Part shown: positions 22,269 through 30,396 of the stretch, in pieces
How the letters are laid out: each line of letters opens with the position of its first letter
How positions within the stretch are numbered: the first letter of the stretch is position 1
Source: Escherichia coli
GTDB lineage: Bacteria; Pseudomonadota; Gammaproteobacteria; Enterobacterales; Enterobacteriaceae
Assembly (NCBI RefSeq): GCF_050320075.1
Contig: NZ_CP190018.1
Reading direction: 5' to 3' (one strand)
Length of the DNA stretch: 64,000 nucleotides
Position numbers and translations under genes: made by a program
Notes under the pieces: generated by a model
What the model saw: only the letters and a program-made list of their open reading frames with translations
What the model was told of the DNA's origin: nothing
Databases searched by the model: none

Positions 22269-23027
22269 ATGGATGCACTACAAACACAAACTGTTAATAG
22301 TACAACCGCGCCGCAGCCCAACTACATTCCGGGGCTGATTGCGGTGGTCGGGTGTGATGGCACCGGTAAATCCACGCTGACCACCGACCTGGTGAAATCG
22401 CTGCAACAACACTGGCAAACCGAGCGCCGCTATTTGGGGCTGCTCTCCGGCGAAGACGGCGACAAAATCAAACGATTGCCGTTGGTTGGCGTCTGGCTGG
22501 AACGGCGACTGGCGGCCAAATCCTCGAAAACCCAAAGCATGAAAACCAAATCTCCAGCGCTATGGGCGGCGGTGATTATGTACTGCTTCTCGCTGCGAAG
22601 AATGGCGAATCTACGCAAGGTTCAGCGACTGGCGCAAAGTGGCGTTCTGGTGGTCAGCGATCGCTTCCCGCAGGCTGAAATTTCGGGCTTTTATTATGAC
22701 GGACCGGGGATTGGCGTCGAGCGCGCGACCGGGAAAATCAACCAATTTCTGGCGCAGCGCGAGCGACAGTTATACCAACAAATGGCGCAGTATCGTCCTG
22801 AATTAATCATTCGTTTGGGGATTGATATTGATACTGCCATCTCCCGCAAGCCTGACCATGACTATGCCGAGCTGCAGGACAAAATCGGCGTCATGTCGAC
22901 GATTGGCTATAACGGCTCAAAAATTCTTGAGATTGATTCCAGAGCGCCCTACAGCGAAGTGCTGGAACAGGCACAGAAGGCGGTTTCTCTGGTTGCCATC
23001 GTTTCTGACCGCCGAAGTTTAACTTAA
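22269..23027 (+). CDS. yghR: P-loop NTPase (putative kinase) YghR
   Basis: 252 aa with Walker A GCDGTGKST; paralog of YghS and YghT. Confidence 0.85.
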   Translation: MDALQTQTVNSTTAPQPNYIPGLIAVVGCDGTGKSTLTTDLVKSLQQHWQTERRYLGLLSGEDGDKIKRLPLVGVWLERRLAAKSSKTQSMKTKSPALWAAVIMYCFSLRRMANLRKVQRLAQSGVLVVSDRFPQAEISGFYYDGPGIGVERATGKINQFLAQRERQLYQQMAQYRPELIIRLGIDIDTAISRKPDHDYAELQDKIGVMSTIGYNGSKILEIDSRAPYSEVLEQAQKAVSLVAIVSDRRSLT

Positions 23028-23072
23028 GGCTGGCGGGATACTTTTTACTATCAACGATAAGGTCAGGCTGAA

Positions 23073-24422
23073 TTGGCGGGTTTTAACATCAAACATTGGT
23101 TTGCAGATGGCGCGTTTCGCACCATTATTCGCAATAGCGCCTGGTTAGGCTCCAGTAATGTCGTGAGCGCTTTGCTGGGTCTGTTGGCGCTCTCGTGTGC
23201 CGGTAAAGGGATGACGCCCGCCATGTTTGGCGTACTGGTGATTGTGCAATCGTACGCCAAGTCGATCAGCGATTTTATTAAGTTTCAGACATGGCAGTTG
23301 GTGGTGCAGTACGGAACGCCAGCCTTGACCAACAATAATCCGCAGCAATTTCGCAATGTCGTCTCATTTTCCTTCTCGTTGGATATCGTCAGCGGCGCGG
23401 TGGCGATTGTCGGCGGCATTGCCTTACTCCCTTTTCTTTCCCATTCATTAGGTCTGGATGACCAAAGCTTTTGGCTGGCAGCGCTGTATTGCACGCTCAT
23501 TCCTTCAATGGCTTCCTCCACGCCGACCGGCATTCTGCGTGCGGTAGATCGCTTCGACTTAATTGCTGTACAGCAGGCGACGAAACCTTTTCTGCGCGCA
23601 GCGGGGAGCGTCGTTGCCTGGTATTTTGACTTTGGTTTTGCGGGTTTTGTTATTGCCTGGTACGCCTCGAATCTTGTTGGCGGCACCATGTACTGGTGGT
23701 TTGCCGCACGTGAATTACGCCGCAGAAATATCCATAACGCGTTCAAATTGAATCTGTTTGAGTCTGCCCGACACATCAAAGGCGCGTGGAGTTTTGTCTG
23801 GTCAACCAACATTGCCCATTCCATCTGGTCGGCGCGTAATTCGTGCAGCACAGTGTTGGTGGGGATCGTGTTAGGACCCGCTGCCGCCGGGTTATTTAAA
23901 ATCGCCATGACATTCTTCGACGCCGCCGGAACGCCAGCGGGTTTACTGGGTAAAAGTTTTTACCCAGAGGTGATGCGTTTAGATCCGCGCACCACCAGAC
24001 CGTGGTTGTTAGGCGTGAAGTCCGGTTTACTGGCGGGCGGAATCGGTATTCTGGTGGCGCTCGCGGTGTTGATCGTCGGCAAGCCGCTCATTTCGCTGGT
24101 GTTTGGCGTTAAGTATCTCGAAGCGTATGACCTGATTCAGGTGATGCTGGGCGCAATTGTGATCTCGATGCTGGGCTTCCCTCAGGAGTCATTGCTATTG
24201 ATGGCGGGAAAACAGCGCGCTTTTCTCGTGGCGCAAACCATCGCCTCAATCGGCTACATCGTATTGCTGTTCATGTTCTGTCATCTGTTTGGCGTGCTGG
24301 GGGCTGCATTTGCTTACTTCGGTGGGCAATGTCTGGATGTGGTGTTCTCGCTAATTCCGACCTTAAAGGCATTTTTTCAGCGCCATTCCTTGCTTTATAA
24401 CTCAGCCGGAGAGAAATCCTGA
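23073..24422 (+). CDS. yghQ: Polytopic membrane protein YghQ, flippase-like (MOP/Wzx-type polysaccharide or lipid translocase fold inferred)
   Basis: Track ORF with a TTG start at 23073. The true start is uncertain; an ATG such as 23211 is possible. About 12 predicted hydrophobic segments. Its stop overlaps the next ORF's ATG. Confidence 0.75.
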   Translation: MAGFNIKHWFADGAFRTIIRNSAWLGSSNVVSALLGLLALSCAGKGMTPAMFGVLVIVQSYAKSISDFIKFQTWQLVVQYGTPALTNNNPQQFRNVVSFSFSLDIVSGAVAIVGGIALLPFLSHSLGLDDQSFWLAALYCTLIPSMASSTPTGILRAVDRFDLIAVQQATKPFLRAAGSVVAWYFDFGFAGFVIAWYASNLVGGTMYWWFAARELRRRNIHNAFKLNLFESARHIKGAWSFVWSTNIAHSIWSARNSCSTVLVGIVLGPAAAGLFKIAMTFFDAAGTPAGLLGKSFYPEVMRLDPRTTRPWLLGVKSGLLAGGIGILVALAVLIVGKPLISLVFGVKYLEAYDLIQVMLGAIVISMLGFPQESLLLMAGKQRAFLVAQTIASIGYIVLLFMFCHLFGVLGAAFAYFGGQCLDVVFSLIPTLKAFFQRHSLLYNSAGEKS

Positions 24423-25246
24423 TGATGAGAAAATATTTCCCGCTTGAGGCGAGCGAGCGTCTATTTGTTGCGATTGAAGAAGATGATGTTGTTGATGCAC
24501 AGGTCAGTTTGCCGCCGACTATCGCACTAAGTTGTACCACCGAAATCATCCATGATAATTACGCGTTATGCCTGCAATTCTGGCTCAATGGCGTCAATCG
24601 CCAGGAGTTACTGCGTTTAATATGCAAACAGGCCAAAGGCGATGAGCTGACTGCTGATGAGCGCAAACAATTTAAATACATGCGAGCGCGCTACAAGCAC
24701 CTGCGTTTTGCGCAACGGCTGTATTTAAAAAAGCATCAGGCCGGATTTTTATTCGGCAAAACGACCGTTTTTTTGGGGCGTTTTCAGGACGGCTTTCGTA
24801 ACGGTAAGAAAAATATTGTGTCGTATTACGGCAACCTGTTACGGGTTTATTTAAGCTCTCCGGTCTGGTCGTTGGTGAACTATTCATTACGCCATAGCCA
24901 GTTAGAAAGCGTAAGCGGTTTTATTGCCTATCGGCAAAAGCAAATGCATACCCTGAAAGAGATAATTGCCAAATCGCGACTAACTGGCAGGGAATTTCAT
25001 GATGTGCGAAAAATCATCAGCCAGCAGGTTTCTTATTACGACACCCTAAGATCGCTTGATCCTGAAAATAAAGAGGCGTTACAGATTTCCCGCTTCCTCG
25101 CCGCCATTAATGGCCTGATGGGGGATAAACACGACGACATGGTGGCGGATGATATGGAAAACCGCCAGTCGTATGATGCACCGATGGCGCTGGATAGCGA
25201 TATTCGTCAGCGCTTAGAACTGCTGATTTCGCGTTTTCCGCTATAA
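24422..25246 (+). CDS. Hypothetical soluble protein, 274 aa, translationally coupled to yghQ
   Basis: The ATG at 24422 overlaps the yghQ TGA. No signal peptide or TM segment and no family recognised; basic composition. Confidence 0.55.
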   Translation: MMRKYFPLEASERLFVAIEEDDVVDAQVSLPPTIALSCTTEIIHDNYALCLQFWLNGVNRQELLRLICKQAKGDELTADERKQFKYMRARYKHLRFAQRLYLKKHQAGFLFGKTTVFLGRFQDGFRNGKKNIVSYYGNLLRVYLSSPVWSLVNYSLRHSQLESVSGFIAYRQKQMHTLKEIIAKSRLTGREFHDVRKIISQQVSYYDTLRSLDPENKEALQISRFLAAINGLMGDKHDDMVADDMENRQSYDAPMALDSDIRQRLELLISRFPL

Positions 25247-25254
25247 CCGGAGCA

Positions 25255-25818
25255 ATGATGTCATCTCGTTTGATTATTGCGCTGGTTATCATGCTCTTAG
25301 CCCCGGGTGTGCAGGCGCACAATTTCGTCACTGGTAAAACGGTTACCCCTGTTTATATCCAGGAAGGCGGCGAGCTGCTTCTGAATAGCGAAGACGAAAT
25401 TCACTACCAAAAGTGGAACAGCACACAGCTGGCGGGAAAAGTCCGCATTATTCAGTATATCGCCGGGCGTAAGTCGGCGAAGAAAAAGAACTCACTGTTA
25501 ATTAAAGCGGTTGAAGCGGCAAACTTTCCGCAGGATCGTTTTCAGCCCACCACCATTGTGAACACTGATGATGCCATCTTTGGTACCGACTATTTTGTCG
25601 TTGGCAAAATCGAAAAAAATAAACGCCGCTATCCATGGGCGCAATTCGTTATTGACGGCAATGGACAGGGACGCGTTGCCTGGCACTTGCAGGAGCAGAG
25701 TTCAACCATTCTGGTGCTGAATAAAACCGGGCAAATTCAGTGGGCAAAGGACGGCAGTCTGACGCCGGAAGAGGTAGATCATGTCATTGCGCTGGCGCAG
25801 AAACTGATCAATGAATAA
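25255..25818 (+). CDS. YtfJ-family periplasmic protein (signal peptide)
   Basis: 187 aa with an N-terminal signal (MMSSRLIIALVIMLLAPGVQA). It resembles recalled E. coli YtfJ over its whole length (HNFVTGKTVTP..., TTIVNTDDAI..., WAKDGSLTPEEV). Confidence 0.7.
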   Translation: MMSSRLIIALVIMLLAPGVQAHNFVTGKTVTPVYIQEGGELLLNSEDEIHYQKWNSTQLAGKVRIIQYIAGRKSAKKKNSLLIKAVEAANFPQDRFQPTTIVNTDDAIFGTDYFVVGKIEKNKRRYPWAQFVIDGNGQGRVAWHLQEQSSTILVLNKTGQIQWAKDGSLTPEEVDHVIALAQKLINE

Positions 25819-25848
25819 AAAATTCAAAGGATTGAGGGCGTTAGTGAG

Positions 25849-26919
25849 ATGAAGCTGGTTGAACACTACATCATGCGTGGTACGCGCCGTCTGGTGCTGA
25901 TTATCGTCGGTTTTCTGATCTTTATTTTCGCCAGCTACTCCGCACAGCGTTATCTGACCGAAGCGGCAAATGGGACATTAGCTCTTGATGTTGTGCTGGA
26001 TATCGTTTTCTACAAGGTGCTGATTGCACTGGAGATGTTGTTACCTGTTGGACTGTATGTGTCAGTTGGCGTGACGCTAGGGCAGATGTATACCGACTCG
26101 GAAATTACCGCTATCTCTGCGGCGGGGGGCAGTCCGGGACGCTTGTACAAAGCCGTTCTTTATCTGGCGATACCGCTAAGTATTTTTGTCACCCTTCTGT
26201 CGATGTATGGTCGTCCGTGGGCTTATGCACAGATTTATCAACTGGAGCAACAGTCACAGTCGGAGCTGGATGTTCGCCAGTTGCGGGCAAAGAAATTTAA
26301 CACTAACGATAACGGACGAATGATCCTTTCGCAGACGGTTGATCAGGATAATAATCGCCTGACTGACGCGCTGATTTATACTTCTACTGCCAATCGAACC
26401 CGCATTTTCCGCGCCCGTTCGGTTGATGTGGTTGACCCATCACCTGAGAAACCGACCGTTATGTTGCATAACGGGACCGCCTATCTTCTCGATCATCAGG
26501 GGCGTGACGACAACGAACAGATCTACCGTAATCTGCAATTACATCTGAATCCGCTGGATCAAAGCCCTAACGTCAAACGCAAAGCAAAATCGGTCACGGA
26601 GCTGGCGCGCTCCGTCTTTCCAGCCGATCATGCCGAACTGCAATGGCGACAAAGCCGTGGCCTGACAGCGTTGTTGATGGCGCTGCTGGCCATTTCATTA
26701 AGTCGGGTAAAACCGCGGCAAGGGCGATTTTCAACGTTATTGCCACTGACGTTGCTGTTTGTTGCCATTTTTTATGGCGGCGACGTCTGCCGTACGCTGG
26801 TGGCTAACGGCGCGATTCCCCTCATTCCTGGTTTGTGGTTAGTACCCGGACTCATGCTAATGGGCCTGCTGATGCTGGTCGCACGCGACTTCTCTTTGCT
26901 GCAGAAATTTTCCCGATGA
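25849..26919 (+). CDS. LptF-like permease (YjgP/YjgQ family) paralog
   Basis: 356 aa with the LptF/LptG architecture: three TM segments, a large periplasmic insert, then three TM segments. N-terminus MKLVEHYIMRGTRRLVLIIVGFL. Distinct from housekeeping lptF. Confidence 0.75.
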   Translation: MKLVEHYIMRGTRRLVLIIVGFLIFIFASYSAQRYLTEAANGTLALDVVLDIVFYKVLIALEMLLPVGLYVSVGVTLGQMYTDSEITAISAAGGSPGRLYKAVLYLAIPLSIFVTLLSMYGRPWAYAQIYQLEQQSQSELDVRQLRAKKFNTNDNGRMILSQTVDQDNNRLTDALIYTSTANRTRIFRARSVDVVDPSPEKPTVMLHNGTAYLLDHQGRDDNEQIYRNLQLHLNPLDQSPNVKRKAKSVTELARSVFPADHAELQWRQSRGLTALLMALLAISLSRVKPRQGRFSTLLPLTLLFVAIFYGGDVCRTLVANGAIPLIPGLWLVPGLMLMGLLMLVARDFSLLQKFSR

Positions 26920-27995
26920 ATGTTTTCAGTCGCTATTTAATCCGTCATCTCTTTCTCGGTTTTGCCGCCGCCGCAGGGCTATTGCTGCCGCTTTTTACTA
27001 CCTTCAACCTGATTAACGAACTGGATGATGTCAGCCCGGGCGGTTATCGCTGGACTCAGGCGGTGCTGGTGGTGCTGATGACCTTACCGCGTACACTGGT
27101 CGAACTTTCGCCGTTTATCGCCTTATTGGGAGGGATTGTTGGCCTGGGGCAGTTATCGAAAAACAGTGAGCTTACCGCCATTCGCAGCACAGGGTTTTCT
27201 ATCTTCCGTATTGCACTGGTGGCGCTGGTTGCCGGGATATTGTGGACTGTTTCGTTAGGCGCGATAGATGAGTGGGTGGCGTCGCCATTGCAGCAACAGG
27301 CGCTGCAAATCAAATCGACTGCCACCGCGTTGGGGGAGGACGATGACATTACCGGCAATATGCTTTGGGCCAGGCGCGGTAATGAATTTGTGACGGTGAA
27401 ATCGCTGAACGAGCAGGGCCAGCCTGTGGGCGTGGAGATATTTCATTATCGCGACGATCTCTCGCTCGAATCCTACATTTTTGCACGCAGTGCCTCCATT
27501 GAAGACGACAAAACATGGATCCTGCATGGTGTGAATCATAAAAAATGGTTGAATGGCAAAGAAACGCTGGAAACATCAGATAATCTTGCCTGGCAATCGG
27601 CCTTCACCAGTATGAATCTTGAAGAGTTATCGATGCCGGGAAATACTTTTTCTGTCCGTCAACTTAATCATTACATCCATTATTTGCAGGAAACTGGGCA
27701 ACCCAGCAGCGAATACCGCCTTGCACTGTGGGAAAAACTGGGACAACCCATCCTGACCCTGGCGATGATTTTGCTGGCTGTGCCGTTTACCTTTAGTGCC
27801 CCGCGTTCGCCAGGGATGGGTAGCCGTCTCGCTGTAGGCGTCATCGTTGGCTTACTCACCTGGATCAGCTATCAAATCATGGTCAATCTGGGGTTGCTAT
27901 TTGCGTTGAGCGCACCTGTTACCGCGCTCGGTTTACCGGTAGCGTTTGTGCTGGTGGCGTTGAGCCTGGTGTATTGGTATGACAGACAACATTAA
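26916..27995 (+). CDS. LptG-like permease (YjgP/YjgQ family) paralog
   Basis: Track ORF 26835..27995 trimmed to the ATG at 26916 (MNVFSRYLIRHLFLGFAAAAG...), which overlaps the stop of the preceding permease (ATGA). Same architecture as LptG. Confidence 0.75.
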   Translation: MNVFSRYLIRHLFLGFAAAAGLLLPLFTTFNLINELDDVSPGGYRWTQAVLVVLMTLPRTLVELSPFIALLGGIVGLGQLSKNSELTAIRSTGFSIFRIALVALVAGILWTVSLGAIDEWVASPLQQQALQIKSTATALGEDDDITGNMLWARRGNEFVTVKSLNEQGQPVGVEIFHYRDDLSLESYIFARSASIEDDKTWILHGVNHKKWLNGKETLETSDNLAWQSAFTSMNLEELSMPGNTFSVRQLNHYIHYLQETGQPSSEYRLALWEKLGQPILTLAMILLAVPFTFSAPRSPGMGSRLAVGVIVGLLTWISYQIMVNLGLLFALSAPVTALGLPVAFVLVALSLVYWYDRQH

Positions 27996-28029
27996 ACCCG
28001 CCGTGGCGCAGCGCCACAGCGGGCTCACA

Positions 28030-29202
28030 TTACTGCTTCAGAGTAGCGAACGCTTGAATGATGGCATCAATTTGCTCACGACTGTGGGCAGCGTTTACGC
28101 TACAGCGCAGCAGCGTGATGCCTGCAGGCGCGGCAGGTGGCAGGATAAGATTCACATAAACGCCCAGCGAAATAAGCTCGCGCCAGATGCGTAAACCGTC
28201 CTCTTTCGAACCGATTATTACTGGCACTACCGGGCTAATATGTGAACTTAACTCGTAACCCAGTTTTTGCAGACCGTCATACAGATGGTTGGCATTATCC
28301 ATCAGCTTTTGCCGCAACTCTGGTTGTGTAGCAATGGTTCTTAACGACGAGCGCACGGTCGCAATGCAGGACGGAGAAGGAGAGGCGGTAAAAATATACG
28401 GGCGGCTGCCGTAGCGCAGCACTTCCATCGCTTCCGAACCGACAGCAAAACCGCCAATCGAGGCCAGACTTTTACTGAAAGTACCAACGATAATATCCAC
28501 ATCATCTTCAACGCCAACGGCTTCAGCCAGTCCGCGCCCCGTTGCGCCTAACACGCCAAACGAATGCGCTTCATCGACAATCAAATAACCACCGAGACGA
28601 CGTTTGATATCAACAATTTCCGCCAGCGGCGCAACGTCACCGAGCATACTGTAGATGCCTTCAACGATGATAATCGCCTCTTTTGCCCGTTCACCGAGGC
28701 GAACCATGCGCCGTTCCAGATCTTTAGCATCGTTATGGCGGAAACGAATAATTTCCGCGCCACCGAGAGAACAGGCGTCATAAATACTGGCGTGGCTGTC
28801 GGCATCCAGTAACACCACGGCGTTATGGTCGGCAAGTGCGCTGATGACGCCTAAATTAGCGGTATAACCGGTTGAAAAAACGATAGCGGTAGGGCGATTA
28901 AAAAACTCGGCGATCTCTTTCTCTAACGCCAGATGCGGCGCATAACTGCCGTTTGCCATACGAGAACCGGTGGTGCCGGTGCCTTGGGCCGCTAACGCTG
29001 CCTGACCTTCGGCGATGGCATCATGATTGAAGGTTAATCCGAGATAATTATTGGTCCCGGCCAGAATCACTTTTTTATTGCCGATCCGGCCTTCGGTGGC
29101 GGAATACACTTCATCAATACAGGTACCAAACGGCGTTAACCCGTTGTCACTAAATTGCAGTCGCTCGCCAGCAAGACGCGCATATTTATCGTATAGCCCC
29201 AT
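28030..29202 (-). CDS. Alpha-oxoamine synthase (class-II aminotransferase), serine-palmitoyltransferase-like
   Basis: 390 aa with the PLP-lysine motif GTFSKSLASIGG and a HSFG motif, typical of the Spt/BioF/KBL family. Last gene of a four-gene minus-strand operon. Confidence 0.8.
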   Translation of the reverse strand: MGLYDKYARLAGERLQFSDNGLTPFGTCIDEVYSATEGRIGNKKVILAGTNNYLGLTFNHDAIAEGQAALAAQGTGTTGSRMANGSYAPHLALEKEIAEFFNRPTAIVFSTGYTANLGVISALADHNAVVLLDADSHASIYDACSLGGAEIIRFRHNDAKDLERRMVRLGERAKEAIIIVEGIYSMLGDVAPLAEIVDIKRRLGGYLIVDEAHSFGVLGATGRGLAEAVGVEDDVDIIVGTFSKSLASIGGFAVGSEAMEVLRYGSRPYIFTASPSPSCIATVRSSLRTIATQPELRQKLMDNANHLYDGLQKLGYELSSHISPVVPVIIGSKEDGLRIWRELISLGVYVNLILPPAAPAGITLLRCSVNAAHSREQIDAIIQAFATLKQ

Positions 29203-29450
29203 TATTTATTCTCCAGCCATGGAAGTAGTGTTTCCATTAATTGCGCAGGGGTTTTGACATCCAGCAGAATATTAATAGGAATGGAAATATCGAATCTGTC
29301 TTCCAGCATCATTAAGAGATCCATCACTTTGATCGACTCCAGGCCAAGATCGTTGACGAGATCGCTGTCGGGCTTAATTTCCACACCGTTTTCGACCAAA
29401 TCCTGTAAACAGGAAAGGATGTAATCCATTACTATTTCACGATTTACCAT
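29202..29450 (-). CDS. Standalone acyl carrier protein
   Basis: 82 aa with a phosphopantetheine-attachment-like motif (DLGLESIKVMDL). Its stop overlaps the start of the downstream alpha-oxoamine synthase. Confidence 0.75.
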   Translation of the reverse strand: MVNREIVMDYILSCLQDLVENGVEIKPDSDLVNDLGLESIKVMDLLMMLEDRFDISIPINILLDVKTPAQLMETLLPWLENK

Positions 29451-29481
29451 AGAAACGTTAACACACCTTTAAACAAGACAA

Positions 29482-30396
29482 TCAAAATAGCCCGTTGCGT
29501 AATGCGTGTTCCAGGCTAATCCCGGGAAACCAATTAATATCTTCAGAAATACGGTTATTACTTGCTGACCAGTCGGCGTGGGTTAATTCACGGATTTTCG
29601 AGCGGGTCAGCATAGGTTCTTTACCTGCCAGGCGACTCAACGTGGTACTGATATCCGCAAGGCAGGTGAGTACCGACAGAGGAATACCAACCATTCGAAC
29701 GGAACCACAACGGGCGTCGGCGGCAAGCTGTCTTACGCGTTGCCAGTCATAGCCGCCGGCGACGCCATCGCATAATTCATAGGTTTGCGTCTGTACAGTT
29801 TCGGCGCTTAACCACTGCCCCACGGCTTGCGCGAAATCGGTGACGTGCAGGAAAGAGAGCTGTGTATCTGGCGCACCAAGTCGTGGCAGCAGGCCGCGCA
29901 GCATCCAGTCAAACAGCGGTTTTAACTCTTTATCGCCGGGACCATACACGGCTGTCGGGCGAAAAATGCCCAGCGTAATTTCGTCAGCCATTGCGGTCAG
30001 TCGTTGTTCGGCGACGTGTTTGGAGTTTGCATACCAGGAGAGTTCGGGATGACGCGCCGCCAGCGAAGAGATAAACAGAAAACGTTGGCAAAAGCCGCTC
30101 TCTTTTGCCGCTTGCATCAGGCGCAGGCTGCCGTCAACGTTACAGCGGGTAAAAATCTCTTCTTTGTGTCCGCGCACTTGTCCGGCGCAATGGACCACCG
30201 CGCTGGCTCCGGCAACCAGTTCGCTAAGCGAATGTGTATCTTCCAGCGAACCGCGCACCCAGATGAGATTATCATTGACGTGAGCGCGGGCAGTACGCGT
30301 CAATGCGCGAACGTGAAAGCCGCGGGCGAGCAGGTTATCGATAATATATTTACCGATAAACCCGGTAGCGCCCGTCACCGCGACAGTTTGATTCAT
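29482..30396 (-). CDS. NAD(P)-dependent epimerase/dehydratase (extended SDR) family reductase
   Basis: 304 aa with an N-terminal GATGFIG Rossmann motif and a YANSK (YxxxK) catalytic motif. Its start overlaps the upstream ligase stop by 4 nt. Confidence 0.8.
   Translation of the reverse strand: MNQTVAVTGATGFIGKYIIDNLLARGFHVRALTRTARAHVNDNLIWVRGSLEDTHSLSELVAGASAVVHCAGQVRGHKEEIFTRCNVDGSLRLMQAAKESGFCQRFLFISSLAARHPELSWYANSKHVAEQRLTAMADEITLGIFRPTAVYGPGDKELKPLFDWMLRGLLPRLGAPDTQLSFLHVTDFAQAVGQWLSAETVQTQTYELCDGVAGGYDWQRVRQLAADARCGSVRMVGIPLSVLTCLADISTTLSRLAGKEPMLTRSKIRELTHADWSASNNRISEDINWFPGISLEHALRNGLF

Noticed and set aside
20658-23027. yghT/yghS/yghR as the missing ABC-type ATPase for the LptF/LptG paralogs
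   Set aside because: They have a Walker A motif but are only about 230-250 aa and lack the ABC signature (LSGGQ) and typical Walker B/H-loop arrangement; more consistent with kinase-like P-loop proteins.
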